Shown one piece after another: positions 38,831 through 51,853 of a DNA stretch of 64,000 nt; within the stretch, counting starts at the first letter, position 1, and the number at the start of each line of letters is the position of its first letter. The position numbers and the translations under genes are program-made. The notes beneath the pieces were generated by a model, which did not search any database, was not told where the DNA came from, and was given only the letters and a program-made list of their open reading frames with translations. This DNA is from Dipteris shenzhenensis (lineage: Eukaryota). Location of the stretch: the NCBI GenBank assembly GCA_047967505.1, contig CM106538.1; one strand, written 5' to 3'.

Positions 38831-40086
38831 GTAGTTATACCAAGTGGACAAACTTGACAGCAACTAATATGATGCTTTACTTTGCAGCCGTCTCTAGTCC
38901 TTTTAAAAACATCCTTTGTTGTGTGCATCAATTCCCCATGACTCCGTCCACCTAATAGACCAAGTCTTGTCAAGCGTTTGACCAAGGGCATACATTTTTT
39001 TCTTATTGATACCACCAAATTTTATAGGCTAACTTGTTATCTGAAGTTAGTAAAAATTAGTAATGCCAAATAAGCAGGCTCATCTTTTACTAATTAGCTG
39101 AGCATTTCCTTGATGTGGCTATGTTTTTGCTTCTTCCAAAGAAGCATTCACCATCTACTTTTTGGTAGATGATCTTCATAATTTTATCAGCATTGCCCTT
39201 ATGATTATTTGCGTCTAACACGTCATATGCTTTGGTGCCTCATAGGATATCTTTTAGATGTGGGGGCTCAAGAGACGTATGAAATGTTTTTTACAGTTTT
39301 GAGGATGGAAGAGCATCACAAGAATGCATGAGAAGGCTACCCAAAAGCATTCACATATATCCAGTGCTTTCCAAATCGCCCAATGCCTTGTGAAGAACTG
39401 ACACTTGCAATTTATAGATTAAAAGCCTCATGTATCAGCAATATCCCAATGGGTTGTTCCAAAAGACATCAGAATGACTGGATCTAGTGCAACGCACGGT
39501 ACTATAATGTTGACTTTCCATAGCTCTGGTCAAACCTCAACGGTGATACAATCCACATGCCTGCCCAACAAATTACATTGAATGTGCTCAAGATAGTGGA
39601 AGCCTCAAATTGAACCAGCAGAAGAGGGGGCAGCATATCATGATATCCCGCGATCAAGATATGGCTTATATGACACACAGCTGAGGACCAATAGTTCTTC
39701 CAAAATAATCAATGCACCATAACCGAAATTTCTGGTGCTTTCTGCCTGTCTGTTTCTAAAACTGCACCCCTACAGGTCTCCGCTTGCTTCTGCTTCCCAA
39801 ATCTACAATTTGGGGAATTGGTAAGAACCATCCATGAATATACTAGATGGAGGTAGCCTCTACATAGTTGTATTTGGCAGTCCTTTCTGTGACACTTCAA
39901 AATCAAAGCATTACCATCCATCTACCAGAAAACTCTTGGACCTCCACTGTGCAAGGTGTATGGGACGTAATTCCCATGACATGACAAAGACAAAGCACAC
40001 CATTTAACACATGCTCGAACACGTTTCTTCTGTGAAAGTAGTGACACCACCAATCCATACATAAGGATGCAGGAAACTAGCACAGA

Positions 40087-40737
40087 TTAGAAAGAGAATG
40101 TGACTTTCTTTAACATCCAGAATAAGAGCAGCAACATAAAAAGCACTACAGGCTTCTTTGCCATAAACCTAAGATTCACCCTCCAGCCTTGCCGGCGAAG
40201 CTGTGCATAGAACACTGACCAACACCTACAGAGGAAAGCCTTGACTGCCTGTACAATATCTGAGAAACAGAGATTGACTAACGAGTTTTTGGATGTTTTG
40301 AAAAGTTCTGTCACATTAAATTCTTTGACTTCCATGGGAAACACAGCAGTTTGAGGGGTCCTGTCACATGCTGCCTTGGCCTCCTCTTCCTGAGAGTTTT
40401 CATGTACCACCAAGCCAAGCTTTTCATTGATTGAATCAGAAAGCTTTACCAAAAGCCTGGCTAGCCATGCTACCTCTGTGCTTTCAATGGGACGCCTCAT
40501 CCAATCACCTCGATATTTCACTTCAAAACAAGTATGGCGGCCCAGGGCTCTGGATAGTAGGTTCTCTTCAGTAGTTATCTGCTGGATCTCTGTATGTAAA
40601 CTTGTTAGGCCACATACTCGGTGTGAGTCAAAAACTTTGAAACCTGCATCTTTGATAACCTCCAAGTGTTTGCATATGGTTCTTTGGATCTCAGCTGGAG
40701 CAAATTGGATCTCTGCTTCTGATTGCAAAATCAACAC
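40087..40737 (-). CDS. SMPD4: Sphingomyelin phosphodiesterase 4-like (nSMase3/NET13 family), exon 4 (last)
   Basis: VLILQSEAE...YRGDWMRRPIESTEVAWLARLL...WRVNLRFMA plus C-terminal hydrophobic anchor; acceptor ctgcag|; TAA stop. Confidence 0.9.
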   Translation of the reverse strand: MLILQSEAEIQFAPAEIQRTICKHLEVIKDAGFKVFDSHRVCGLTSLHTEIQQITTEENLLSRALGRHTCFEVKYRGDWMRRPIESTEVAWLARLLVKLSDSINEKLGLVVHENSQEEEAKAACDRTPQTAVFPMEVKEFNVTELFKTSKNSLVNLCFSDIVQAVKAFLCRCWSVFYAQLRRQGWRVNLRFMAKKPVVLFMLLLLFWMLKKVTFSF

Positions 40738-40874
40738 CTGCAGTAACAACCAACACATCCATTTGGATATCTTACTCTTACACAAGTAATCAGAGCAACT
40801 TAGATCCTTCAGAAGAGGTAATCAGGAGCACTTGATCATTGGATAGAGCTTCAAACTACAGGCAAAAAATTCAC

Positions 40875-41003
40875 CTGGAAAGCTTGGACAACTCCATTTC
40901 CATCAGTGCCAAAAAGGCGCAGGTGTCTCTTTTCTTGGTGAGCTTGAGAAGGAAAGACCTTATGCTCTCTACTGTCGCTGAGCATGCCACATTCTTCCAA
41001 TTC
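40875..41003 (-). CDS. SMPD4: SMPD4-like, exon 3
   Basis: 129 nt, phase 0: ELEECG...LRLFGTDGNGVVQAFQ; ctatag| acceptor and CAG|GTGAAT donor. Confidence 0.8.
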
Positions 41004-41382
41004 CTATAGTCAACATCTGACAATTAAAACATGATTGAACTTAAAGAATATAACAGCCCTCAAGGGTGTAGTTCAAATGACATTCTCCATGAATAGAGAC
41101 TGCATGATCACAAATTGACAGCTTAGGGTGAACAAAAATACAGCCTGTTAAGGGGGAGATTGAGCAATTTCCTTTGAAATGAACTTACGTGCGCATGAAG
41201 ACAGGTGCACACACACACATACATACAAAAGCATGCATGCACACGCATGCCCCTGCCCATGCCCATGCACATGCACATGGCCTGTAAGCACCAAAACCCC
41301 TGTGGCACAAACACACACTCCTGTACGCGTAAGAATTTGGGACATGATCACACTAGATATGAGTAAGCCTTTAACTGCATAC

Positions 41383-41502
41383 CGTATACAGGGATGGACC
41401 ATCACAATGGTTAAGACTCCCAGGTGCAATACCATAATAGCCCGAATCAACTTTCTTCAATAATTCTAACAGGTCTTTTGATCCTGCCAGCACACTTAGA
41501 AT
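41383..41502 (-). CDS. SMPD4: SMPD4-like, exon 2
   Basis: 120 nt, phase 0: ILSVLAGSKDLLELLKKVDSGYYG...SLYT; ctacag| acceptor and ACG|GTATGC donor. Confidence 0.8.
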
Positions 41503-41608
41503 CTGTAGAGTGCTCAGTCAAGAGTCAATGTGGAACTCACGTATAAAATATAAGATATAAACTCCATGTTTACATGAACTTCGTATAACTTTTATTGTTT
41601 TATATCAA

Positions 41609-42818
41609 TGTGAACCAAACTCAGCATTATAAGCTAACACACATTCCATAATCAAGCACACTGATCCAACAACTGAGGTGACCACCACCCATCTTAGCAA
41701 TCTAAACAAGATAAAACAGAAAACCATCACAAAGCCAATATTGTTAGATATGTCAAAGGTGATCCAAAATCATCAGTATAAGCTAGCTCTTTGTTTTTCA
41801 ATCAAACACACTAATCATCAAACTAAGAGAAACACCACCTTCCTTAGCACCATCACATTGGCAGAATCATTCTTATATACCTAGATAAATCCAAGAACGT
41901 TCCCAGACTCATTCTCTAAAAACACAACATAGTGCAGTTTCAATCTCACGATAGTCACTCATAAGATTGAAAACCATAAACTCCATCATGCATAGCAGGG
42001 ACTAGCTACTATGACATCCCCACTGACGTCATCAGCGCCCAACAGTGGGTGTAGACCATAGTATAAAAGCATGCTCTCACACATACAAAAATCCACACAC
42101 CCACACATACTACCCCATACTTGCCACTATTAATAGACTATGCAATATAGTAAAAGAAATATAGGCAAATCTACCATAGTATGTAGAACTTTAAAAGAGT
42201 GGCTCTGTCTCCATAAAAATGGGATGCACACCAAGCATGTAGTCATAAATTACAAATGTTTTTCCACAAAAGTGGCTACACCCCATCCCAGCCACTAATG
42301 AAATACTTTCGACACACGAAGATAGTCAAGGACCAAAGAACTGAATTGTAAAAGATATAGTAATACATGCATTAATAGAGACATAAATTAGGAGAGGCTT
42401 GCGTAATTAAAGAAATGTACATGATCCACAACCATTCATGATAAAAGGATGGATCTAAATCTAAATCTAGCTGATAGGGCAACGCACCATTTAAGATAGA
42501 AAGAATTATCGCAATACCAGCAAGCCGCAACTTGGACAAAAACTTCACAAGGTGAAATTTGCATGTCCGCTAATACGGCAGAAGCATATACCTAGATAAA
42601 TCCAAGAACATTCCCAGACTCATCCTCTAAAAACACAACAGTGCAGTTTCAATCTCACGATAGTCACTCATAAGATTGAAAACCATAAACTCCATCATGC
42701 ATGGCAGGGACTAGCTACTATGACATCTCCACTGACGTCATCAACGCCCAACAATGGGTGTAGACCATAGTATAAAAGCATACTCTCACACATACAAATC
42801 CACACACCCACACATACT
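41609..42818 (-). mobile_element. LTR-like sequence with a ~235-bp direct repeat (41875-42111 and 42586-42818)
   Basis: Two near-identical copies; TATATAAG and ...GGTTCACA end on minus strand. Confidence 0.6.
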
Positions 42819-42819
42819 T

Positions 42820-43586
42820 GAGCATCCATTCTTAGGCTCTTCTTTGATCCTGGCTTCATTTTCTTATTTTGGTCTGCGTCCTCTAACTTCTTGAATTCCT
42901 TTGACTTGCCTTTTCCAGGCTTGTCTTTGACCACTAATGTCTTTTCGTCAGTTTGCGTAAAGAGTTTCTCTCGAGCCTCCTCCTGAAGCAGTAGTGGGCC
43001 AATCTCCTCAAAGGTGAGTGGCTTAGTCCGTTGACCCGCAATGACCGTAGTCACAAAACTTTTGAAACTCCATGGCAACTTGTGGAGTGTTAGCAATGCC
43101 AATTGACTCGAGTCCACCTTCTGACCAACCGCTGCGAGCTGGTCCCGCACGACTTTCACCTTTGTCAGATGGTCATGCACAATATCACCCTCGTTCATAT
43201 CAAGATTATAAAGTTGATGCTAAAGAGTAATGATACGGGCTGTATTGTCGATTTCATATAGCTCCTTCATTATGGCCCACGCCTCTTGAGATGTCTCTGC
43301 CAACTGGATATGAGTAATCACAGCATCTGCTGTCGTGCCGATTAGCATTGCTAAGACTTGAGCATCCCTCTCCTCCCATGCACTCAATTCATCCGCAACT
43401 GCTTCAATTAGAACATCACCTCTTTTGTCCACAATGTCCTCCGGCTTCACCTCGGTCCCAATCACCATCTTTCACAGCTTCCGTGCCACGTGCTAGCCTG
43501 AGCTGAAAACGGAATCGCCAGGGACTCCTTCCTTCAGAGAGTGCTTTGATGAAGAAGAGTTGAGAGCCTAGTGCTCTGATACCATG
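42820..43586 (-). mobile_element. Ty1/copia PBS and gag fragment
   Basis: CA followed by TGGTATCAGAGC (43584-43573); gag DHLTKVKVVRDQL...RTKPLTFEE, homologous to the gag at 22.2-23.1 kb. Confidence 0.85.
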
Positions 43587-43589
43587 TTT

Positions 43590-46500
43590 GAAATGAGGAG
43601 GGAATGAATCAGACTTCTATTAAGTAAGAAAGAAACTCGCTAGAGCAAGCTTTGTGCGGAAATACAACATGCTAAGCATGTAATAAAAAACACCTCAGAG
43701 AAATGAGGTAGAAAGAAACCAAGGCTGAGGCTGAAAATGCCAACTCAACCCTGTAGAAGTCTCAGCAAAGAAGGGAGAGTCTCTCCAATCTCTGAGAAAA
43801 GTAACTCTCTTGGAGGAAGCTGCTCGAGATGATCCCTGCATGGTCGCCCAACTAGCCATCAGAGTGTATACCGTATCTGTCCAAGTACTGGCCAAGATTT
43901 GAGAAGGGTGAACCTGAGAACCCTCCAAAGCCTTAGTGCATCTAGCTCTCCAAATGTGCCATGCTGCAATGCTAGCTAAGACCTCCCATGGAGAGTCGAC
44001 CGAGGAATGAGCAGCCCTGAAGAGAGTGGCTAGAACATCCTCTAGAGAGCACGACTCCACAAGGTGTCGTCGGATGTGAAGAGCCGAAGAGAAGTCAAGT
44101 CTCTCAAAAAAGACATGGGGCCATGAAAGAGTAAGCCAAGCCACTGATTCCCAAGTCGTATAGAAAGACAGGCGAACAAAAGTGCTGAAAAATCTTGCAA
44201 TCCCCTTCCATATGATTCTCACTTGTCTGCAATCCTAAAGGCAGTACTGTATTGTCTCCAAAGCAGAAAGGCAACGAGGGCAAGAAGAGTCAGCTCCGAA
44301 CCTGAATCTCCAATGGTTTACTGCTATCCCACCATGAATAGAAAGCCAAAAGAAGAGAGTGATTTTTCTATTCCGGTGGGATTTCCAAAGCCTCTGCCAA
44401 AAAAAAATTTGCAAGTAAGCCGAAATCTGAAAGTTCTCCCAAGATGAGCTCTTGTAGGCCTCTAACCCCTACAGCTGAGCTGAAATTTTCTAGCATTACT
44501 AACCATGTAATGAAAGAAGGGAATGCCCTTCTCTCGGTGCCCTTCATCTATCCATTCCCATTCCCCAGGGTCCCACTGCAAAAACTTAATTGGGATACCT
44601 CCATAGAGCCACAGTCTCCATGAGCCCAGGGCGATGAGAAGCAGGTCAGGATCCAAGTACCACTGTGAAAGAGAGCCATGCTCCTTGAAGCCCACTATCC
44701 TGACTGACTAAAACGGTACCTCCAACAAGATATCGTCTATGGATCTGAACAGCCTGCCCCCCGAAGAAACATCAAAGACTAAGGCATCCTCATGTGTCAT
44801 GAAAAGCAATCACCTGTAAAGGAACTCCCAGTCTAGAAAATGCCCCCATCCAAGTGGAGCAAGTAATAGGCATGTCATCTGTGTCCACTCAATCCAAGGG
44901 CAAGGCTGCATCAATCTGTCGAACTCTCCCTGCACTCCCTCTGAGCTTAAGAACCATCTCAGCCTGTCGGTCTACAAGAATCTTTCTAAAGGCTTTCCAT
45001 GCTCCCACAGTAGATGCAGAGGCCCTCTCCCATCTTGGCCACTGCATGTAAGGAGAAGCTCCAAGTGGTCTGTCATGCTCATTCAAAATCATATCATTCC
45101 ACATGATAGGCTACCTTTCAATCTCTTCACGGGTGGATAGGGGAATCCTGTGAAGAGTACTCCTGAAGCTTGCCCATGCTTTCAGGATAGCAACCATAAG
45201 AGGGAAAGAGGAAGATCTGAGGTGGGTTGTAGTAAAAACCCATCTAATACTGTGTGTCTAATCCTCTCCTAAAGTGGGCGTGCGAGACTGCATGCATCTG
45301 ATAAAGAAATCCTTTCAAGGCTCTTGCTCTGGTATAAGTCCTTTCACAATAACCTTGCAGAGTAAAGCTCTACACTGTAGATCCGGGTCGACGATATTCA
45401 AACCCCCTTCTCTTGTAGGAAGAATCAAGGTCTCCCAAGCCACCCTGGCTGTAACATCAGATGCCATCTAGACTACTCCATAAAAAGTTTCGTACATGTC
45501 TCTTAACCTGAGTGATACAATCCCTAGAGTGACACCAACAAGAGCAAACAAACCAAGCTATGGCTAAAAGAACTTCGTTAACCACCACCACCACCCTGGA
45601 AGCCAAGTACAAGTTTGGCTGAGCTCCAAAAAAGGAGCTTTCTTCTTATGCTCTCAAGCAAACTGTTGTGAAGGAGAGATGCCCACCCCAACCTGGCAAC
45701 CCAAATATCTAACAAAGACGCCCCTCTGTACCCAAGTGAAGCCAAAATCAATATCCTAATCCAGGGTATCATCATCGCAAATCCAAAAACCATTGGATTT
45801 ATGCCAATTAATGTATGCACCTACAGCTGTGCAAAATAAATCCAAGGCTATCTGAAAGGAAGTGAGCGTCTTGGGGGAGGTATTAAAAAAACTAGCCGTG
45901 TCATCTGCCAACTCACTATCCAGGAGCTCTTCTTCTCGACCGATAGGAAGCCTCAACCCATAAATATCAGCTTGAGATCTAATGTAGATACTAGCTTCCG
46001 CCATAAGAAAAAAAAAGAAAAGGGACAAGAGGACATCTCTGGCGAACTGATCTAGAAATCTGTAACATGTCCCCTCTTACCTCCCCAATGAGCACTTGGC
46101 TATGGGCTGCTCGGTAAAGAGAGGATACCCCTCTAATCCATGCATCTGAAAAACCAAAGCGAGATAGAGTACCCTCTAAAAAATCCCAGTCTACTTTGTT
46201 GTAAGCTTTCTCAAAGTCCAAGAGTAGAATGACCAATCTTTGGCGACTCTGCATGGCTCATTCTGAGGCCTCCCAAAATGAGAAAATATTATAAAAAATA
46301 CTTCTATCATGCACAAACCCTGTCTGTGTGTCATGAATCAAATCTGAAAGAAAAAACTGTAGCCGCAGACTGATGGCTTTCGCCAGAATCTTGTAAAAGA
46401 TGCCAAATAGAGTGATGGATCTCCATTGAGACACAAGATTCCTACTACCCTCCTTTGAAATGAGATGAATGAGACCATCTATAAGTGAGTCCGCCATCTC

Positions 46501-49500
46501 ACCAGAGTCCCACACGCCCTGCAGGGACTGGTGTAATGTGATCACCAATCTGCTCTCAAAAAGTAATAAAAAAGAAAGGGTAAGTCCATCCAAACCTGGG
46601 CACTTGCCCTTGTAAAGAGCAAGTAATGCAGTCTTGAATTCTACATTGGTGAAAGGTGCATCCAAAGAAACATACACCTCATCCTTCACCAATACAGAGA
46701 TACACTGCCAAATAACCTCTCTGGCATCATCTATAGCTTGTGTGCCCGGATCTGCACTAAGAAGAAATGCAAAAAAATCTAAAGCTACACGCATAACAAC
46801 ATCAGGATCTGACTGTAACATCCCATTTGAGTCAATAAGCTGCAAGACACTATCTCTAACTATGTCTAGGTCCATGAGTAGAGAAAGTGTTTGTTAATCC
46901 TGCCACTTATCTGAATCCAAAAGGATTCTCAAGCATGAAGGACATATTCTGCTCTCTGATCCAAATATGAGCCCTTGTTGCAGCAAGGCGCTCCTGAATC
47001 CAAACATATGTGGGTCTCTTCTGCTCTTCCCTCTAAAGAGACGCTAACTGTTGACGTATACCAATCTCACGTCTGAGAATCTCACGTCTCTTGAAATCAG
47101 CGACTGTATGATAATAGTCACTAATTCCGGATAAGGCTGCAACTACCTAAGATGGACGAACAGCTACACCCTGTATGTGAAATCCAAATCTGTAAAATAT
47201 CCTCCGTGAGGCTCTCCCCTACATAAAAAGCATCTGAAATCTTGACACTAGCAAAGCGTCCTCTCCGATGAGGCTCAAGAATCTACAACACCATTGAAAA
47301 ATAATCTAAGGTAGAAACCCCAGTAGAAATGCATACAGATCCTCCTCTGTCAAGTGCCCAATCGTCTACATAAAATCTGTCAATACGTGCATGGATGGAC
47401 ATGTGTATTCTCATGTTCGACCAAGAGTATAGGAATCACTATGGCATAACATGAAAGGCATCATCCAACCAAGTGTCCCTGCTACTGTACTGAAAGAGAA
47501 AGGCATCCCAGGCTGCCCTCTCCAAAGAATGAATTCCACCATGTCTGTCTCCCTTTTTGTTTGAAGGCAAGTTGAAGTCGCCACCAATGATCCAAGAATC
47601 TGCAATGGGGACCCAAGAGAGTAACTCCTTCCAAAAGGAGATCCGCTTCCCTCTGCTGTTGGGAGCATAAAGATTGAGAAGATCAATCTTACGTCCTTTA
47701 ATCAAATAATGATCCATTGAGCTCTACAGGAGGAGATAATACCATGACCAGCAACCAAGGAGAGAATAGAAGAAGAGACCGAAATGCAAGTACCTCCCCT
47801 TGTGCCCATAGCAGGCGACCAGAAGGTATGTCCTGAAAGCAGTTTGCCAAACTTAGAGCAATCACTGGCATCCAACTTGTGTTCCTGGATAAAAAGGATA
47901 TCAATAGCGCCCCTAGTGACACCTAAATGAAGCTGATTCCAGATCAATTGCCTACAGCGACAGTGTGGAACTCCGTCTAGGCCCTGTATGTTCCAACTGA
48001 CTATTCTCATCGACAGGAGGATGCTGGATGAAAAGGCTTACCCAACCTAGTAGAGAAGACCAACTTCCCCTGGGCCGAAACACTCCTACTAAGGACAGGA
48101 AACAATAGGTGAAAAGATCCCCACACCTGCTGAAAGGGAGGCCCTATCAAAAGGAATCCCAATGATCGAGACCTCTAAGGTAGAGGGCGCAAACTCATCA
48201 TCATCCATGAAAGTAGCCGAATCTACTAGTGCCGAGAAAGAGTTCCTAATAAGCAAGTCTGATTGAGGAGTGCGAAGAAGACCTGCACTCCTGAAAGATG
48301 GAGGAGAAGGATCTGTCAGGTCTCTATCAGTAGAACTGGAGCTGGGGACTGAGGAGGCCTGTGACTGAACTGAAGAGAAATCTAGAGTCCTCATCTGTGC
48401 TTGCACTTTCTCGATTGTCCTGACTGTGACCGGGGAAGAAGTATCCTCCTGATGTGAAGATGTAGTGTCTAAGGCTGCAACAACATCCACCTCTGGAGTC
48501 TTGAAGACGTCTGTCTGAACAGGATCAAAGGTCTCCTCCTGAGATAAGAAAGCCGCTCTGATAGCTCTTCACCGTGGTACTAGGTGTGATGCGGACATTG
48601 AGCGCTCTGCTGTCCCTAGTGGTCCTCGGGTGCGTGAAGCAAGGCGCCCTACTGCTCCTGGTAGACTTAGATTGCGTGGTACAAGATGCTGGGGAGGTGC
48701 AGTCAGGGTAGTACGTGAAAGAGCCGCACCAAAAAACCTCTTGGGCTTTTTTCTCTTCATTGGATAGTCTCAAGCAAAGTGCCCAAGGGTCCTACAAATC
48801 CTGCACTGGTCCTGTCTCGACTCTCTGTCAGAGCCATCTGGACGCTGAAGCATGATGTGGTCATCTGAGATGTTAGGATCAGAGACAATGACCCTAACAC
48901 GAGCAAAGTGCCCAAGGGTCCTACAAATCCTGCACTGGTCCTGTCTCGACTCTCTGTCAGAGCCATCTGGACACTGAAGCATGATGTGGTCATTTGAGAT
49001 GTTAGGATCATAGACAATGACCCTAACACGAGGCACCCCGTCTGCACTGACTACCTCTGCTGAGGAAGAAGGCATGCCAAGAAGGGGAGGATCTCAGTGA
49101 CCACTCCGAATGTGGCTCCAATAGTAACAAGCAGTTGATGGTAGACCTGAGGAAGACCAGGAAAGCTAATGAACAGTATGTGACCTGCATGTCCTCCTCA
49201 ACCGGATCAAAGCCCAAGGTGTAGGGTAAAAGAAAGATCCTCCTCGAACCCAAAGCCAGGGGATTAGCTTTGAGAACAAGGGCTGTGGACTCATGGGAGT
49301 CGAAAATCACTTGGAAGAATCCACGTCTCAAAAGTTGAATATACCTGAGGTGTGGGGTGAGATCTCCTGGTAATGCCGCTAGCATCCAATCTCTAGCCTG
49401 TGATCTGAAAGGTGTAACCCAAAGATGCGGACGAAAAGTGATATGAAGCCCTCTAATTCCACATCTTTCTTGAGCTGCTTCAACTCGTCTTTTGAAAAAA

Positions 49501-49790
49501 TGACAGTTCTCGCGACCGGTGGAAGTGAACGGAGATTGACTAAATGGGGATCCATTCACCAATCGATGTGAAAAGGCTAATTTCAACACTGAAAAAAGCT
49601 CCGCCCGTGAAACTACTGCCTAAGACGCCCTGCAACACGAGCGCATGAAGGAGAAAAAGAGGATAGAAGAGAGGGGAAGGGAAAGAGAGGAAAGACTGAG
49701 GGGAGGAGACGGAGGTAGGCTGAAGGGGGAGGCGTAGGGGAGCTGAACTAGGAGGGAAGGGAGCGGGGAGGGAGAGGGTGGTCAGGGAGG
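43590..49790 (-). mobile_element. Near full-length degenerate L1 LINE in SMPD4 intron 1 (sense orientation)
   Basis: ORF1 ~49590-48090 with CRICRTLGH knuckle; ORF2 from 48010: MRIVSWNIQGL, FIQEHK, NLYAPN, GGDFN, LLDFEKAY, LADDT, C-terminal WHIWRARC. Confidence 0.95.
48773..49031. repeat. 129-bp tandem duplication in LINE ORF1
   Basis: Two copies differing at 3 positions; in frame (43 codons). Confidence 0.95.
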
Positions 49791-49811
49791 ATTTTTTTTT
49801 TTTCTTTTTTT

Positions 49812-50412
49812 GGGAGTAAGGGGAGATTAGGAGGGAGGGAGGAGGCTGGCAGTGAGGGAAAGGGAGAGCGGAGGAGAGGAAGGGGGAGGGAAGAGGAAAG
49901 GAGGGCGGGTTAGGAGGGGGGAGGAGAGGGAGAGCAGTGAGGGGGGGGAGAGGGAGGGCGAGAGAGGGAGCGGGGGAGGAGAAGGGAGCGGGGGGGCTGG
50001 CATGTGGGGGAGAGGGAGCGCGGGGAGGGAAAGGTAGGGGGCAGCAGGGAGGGAGAGGTAGGGGGCAGCAGGGGGGGAGAGGGATGGCTGGGGGAGGGGG
50101 CGGGGGAGAAGAGGGGGAGGGACGCTGGGGGATGGGAGAGAAGGAGGGCGGGGAGGGGGAGAGAGGGAGGGCGGGGAGGGGGAGGAGGGGGGCGGGGGGG
50201 CTGCTGGGTGGGGGAGAGGGAGGGCGGGGAGGGAGAGGTAGGGGGCAGCAGGGGAGGGGGGGAGAGGGAGGGTGAGGGAGGAGGGAGAGGGGGCTGGCGA
50301 GAGGGGAGGGAGAGGAGGAGCACAGAGGGGGGGGGAGAGGGGGGGCAGCGAGGGTGAGGGAGAGGGAGAGGGGGCTGGCTGAGATAGGGAGAGGGGGAGG
50401 GCAGTAGCTCAC
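49812..50412. repeat. G/A-rich low-complexity tract
   Basis: Many G3-G9 runs, recurring ggtagggggcagcagggg motif, bounded by a T tract at 49792-49811. Confidence 0.9.
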
Positions 50413-51853
50413 GGGGAGAGGAGCAGCTCAATATTTTTGAGAGTATGCCATGCTGTGCATCTTCCATTACCCAATGTTTGGTGGTCAATGGTGCTCAAAA
50501 CTGATGACAAGGATATGGAAAAAGAACTACCCATACAGTAAGGGGAGAAGAAGCAAACTAATGAGGCACAGGGCAACCTCCTTTTTACTGTATAAGGAGA
50601 AGACCAGGCCAATGCAAGCAAAACCACGTAGGTGTACAGTAAAAGATAACCAGAGAGGTTCGAGCCCAACCATTCATCGCATTATCTCTTCTAACAGGAT
50701 CAAAGACTCATAGGCAAGGATCCACAAAGACACTTGGGAGTGGGAGATCTAAGATCCTCATCACAGATTAGATGGAACCAGCATGATTTGAGAATGAACT
50801 AAAGGCAGGCCCCTTTTAGACTTCTCCCTGGTAAGACCACAGATTCATATCTGACTTCCATAACAAAAGCCTACCTGACATCGCAGCCCTTTGAGCTGCT
50901 GCTGATGTTCTTATGAATCTTGTTCTTGCTGCCTGTTAATCTTGTGAAGAGAGTCGGTCTGTTCATCAGTGACACCCTTCACATAGTCAATTGCTTTCTG
51001 TTTTTTATCAGCAGGAGCTAGGAACTATGAAAACAAACAAGTATCCTGCGTGTAGTAAGCATGTTGATGCTATCTTGGCAGATATAAAGGTTCTTTGCGA
51101 TAACAAGAATGAGGACCCAATGATCCCAGAAACAAATATAGGAACTGTATATGGTCAATGGTTGGAAAATAACTGCGTCTCTGCACCTCTTGCCTCCAAA
51201 AAAAGGGCAATGGAGCTTAAACCCACCCAGACTGCTTGCTCAAATATAGTAGCCTTCCAGGGTCTTTAGCAACCCTTTGCCGGACAGGAACGCCTCCTCA
51301 AAAGGTATAACACTCCTCATTACCACTGAGATAAAATTCCTCATTAACAGTAAGATAAAACTCTACCCCTTTTTGTTTGGCACAATAATATTCAACTTTC
51401 TGGCCCATCCTTTTCTCTCAAAAAAAGGACTAAGGTTTAAGAATGTTTCCAAAGGTAAGAGCCAGTGTTCATTTGCACCCCTCTTATTTCAAACAGGTTT
51501 GCAGCTACAGTTATTACAGTTCAGAGCATTTTGCTCTTATCTACCAGTGTTCCGCATGCAGCAAGCCATGCAGACCATTTTGTGTACCAAAGGCCATTCA
51601 ATATCGCTCTTGTTATCTATACATTTTCCAACCAACACCACGTGCTGATACAAAATTCCCATAATCGACACATTTCATATTTCCCACAGTAAGCTGCAGT
51701 CCTACTTCATATATGTTACTCCAACCACTTCATGACTTCAGCTGTCACAAGTAATGTTGGCACTGAAAGAAAACCATCCATGCCCAGTGCTGAGGGACTG
51801 ACTGCAGCCAAAGCTCTGCATCACAATTCCAAATTGAAAAGATTCGGTCATAC

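Noticed and set aside
49540-50488. Proline-rich or glycine-rich extensin-like ORFs
   Set aside because: Several frames on both strands are open because of low complexity; the tract is intronic.
41140-50520. U12 intron signals (ATATCCTT at ~50516; CCTTAAC at ~41150)
   Set aside because: They do not border the coding exons; all modelled introns are GT-AG U2-type.
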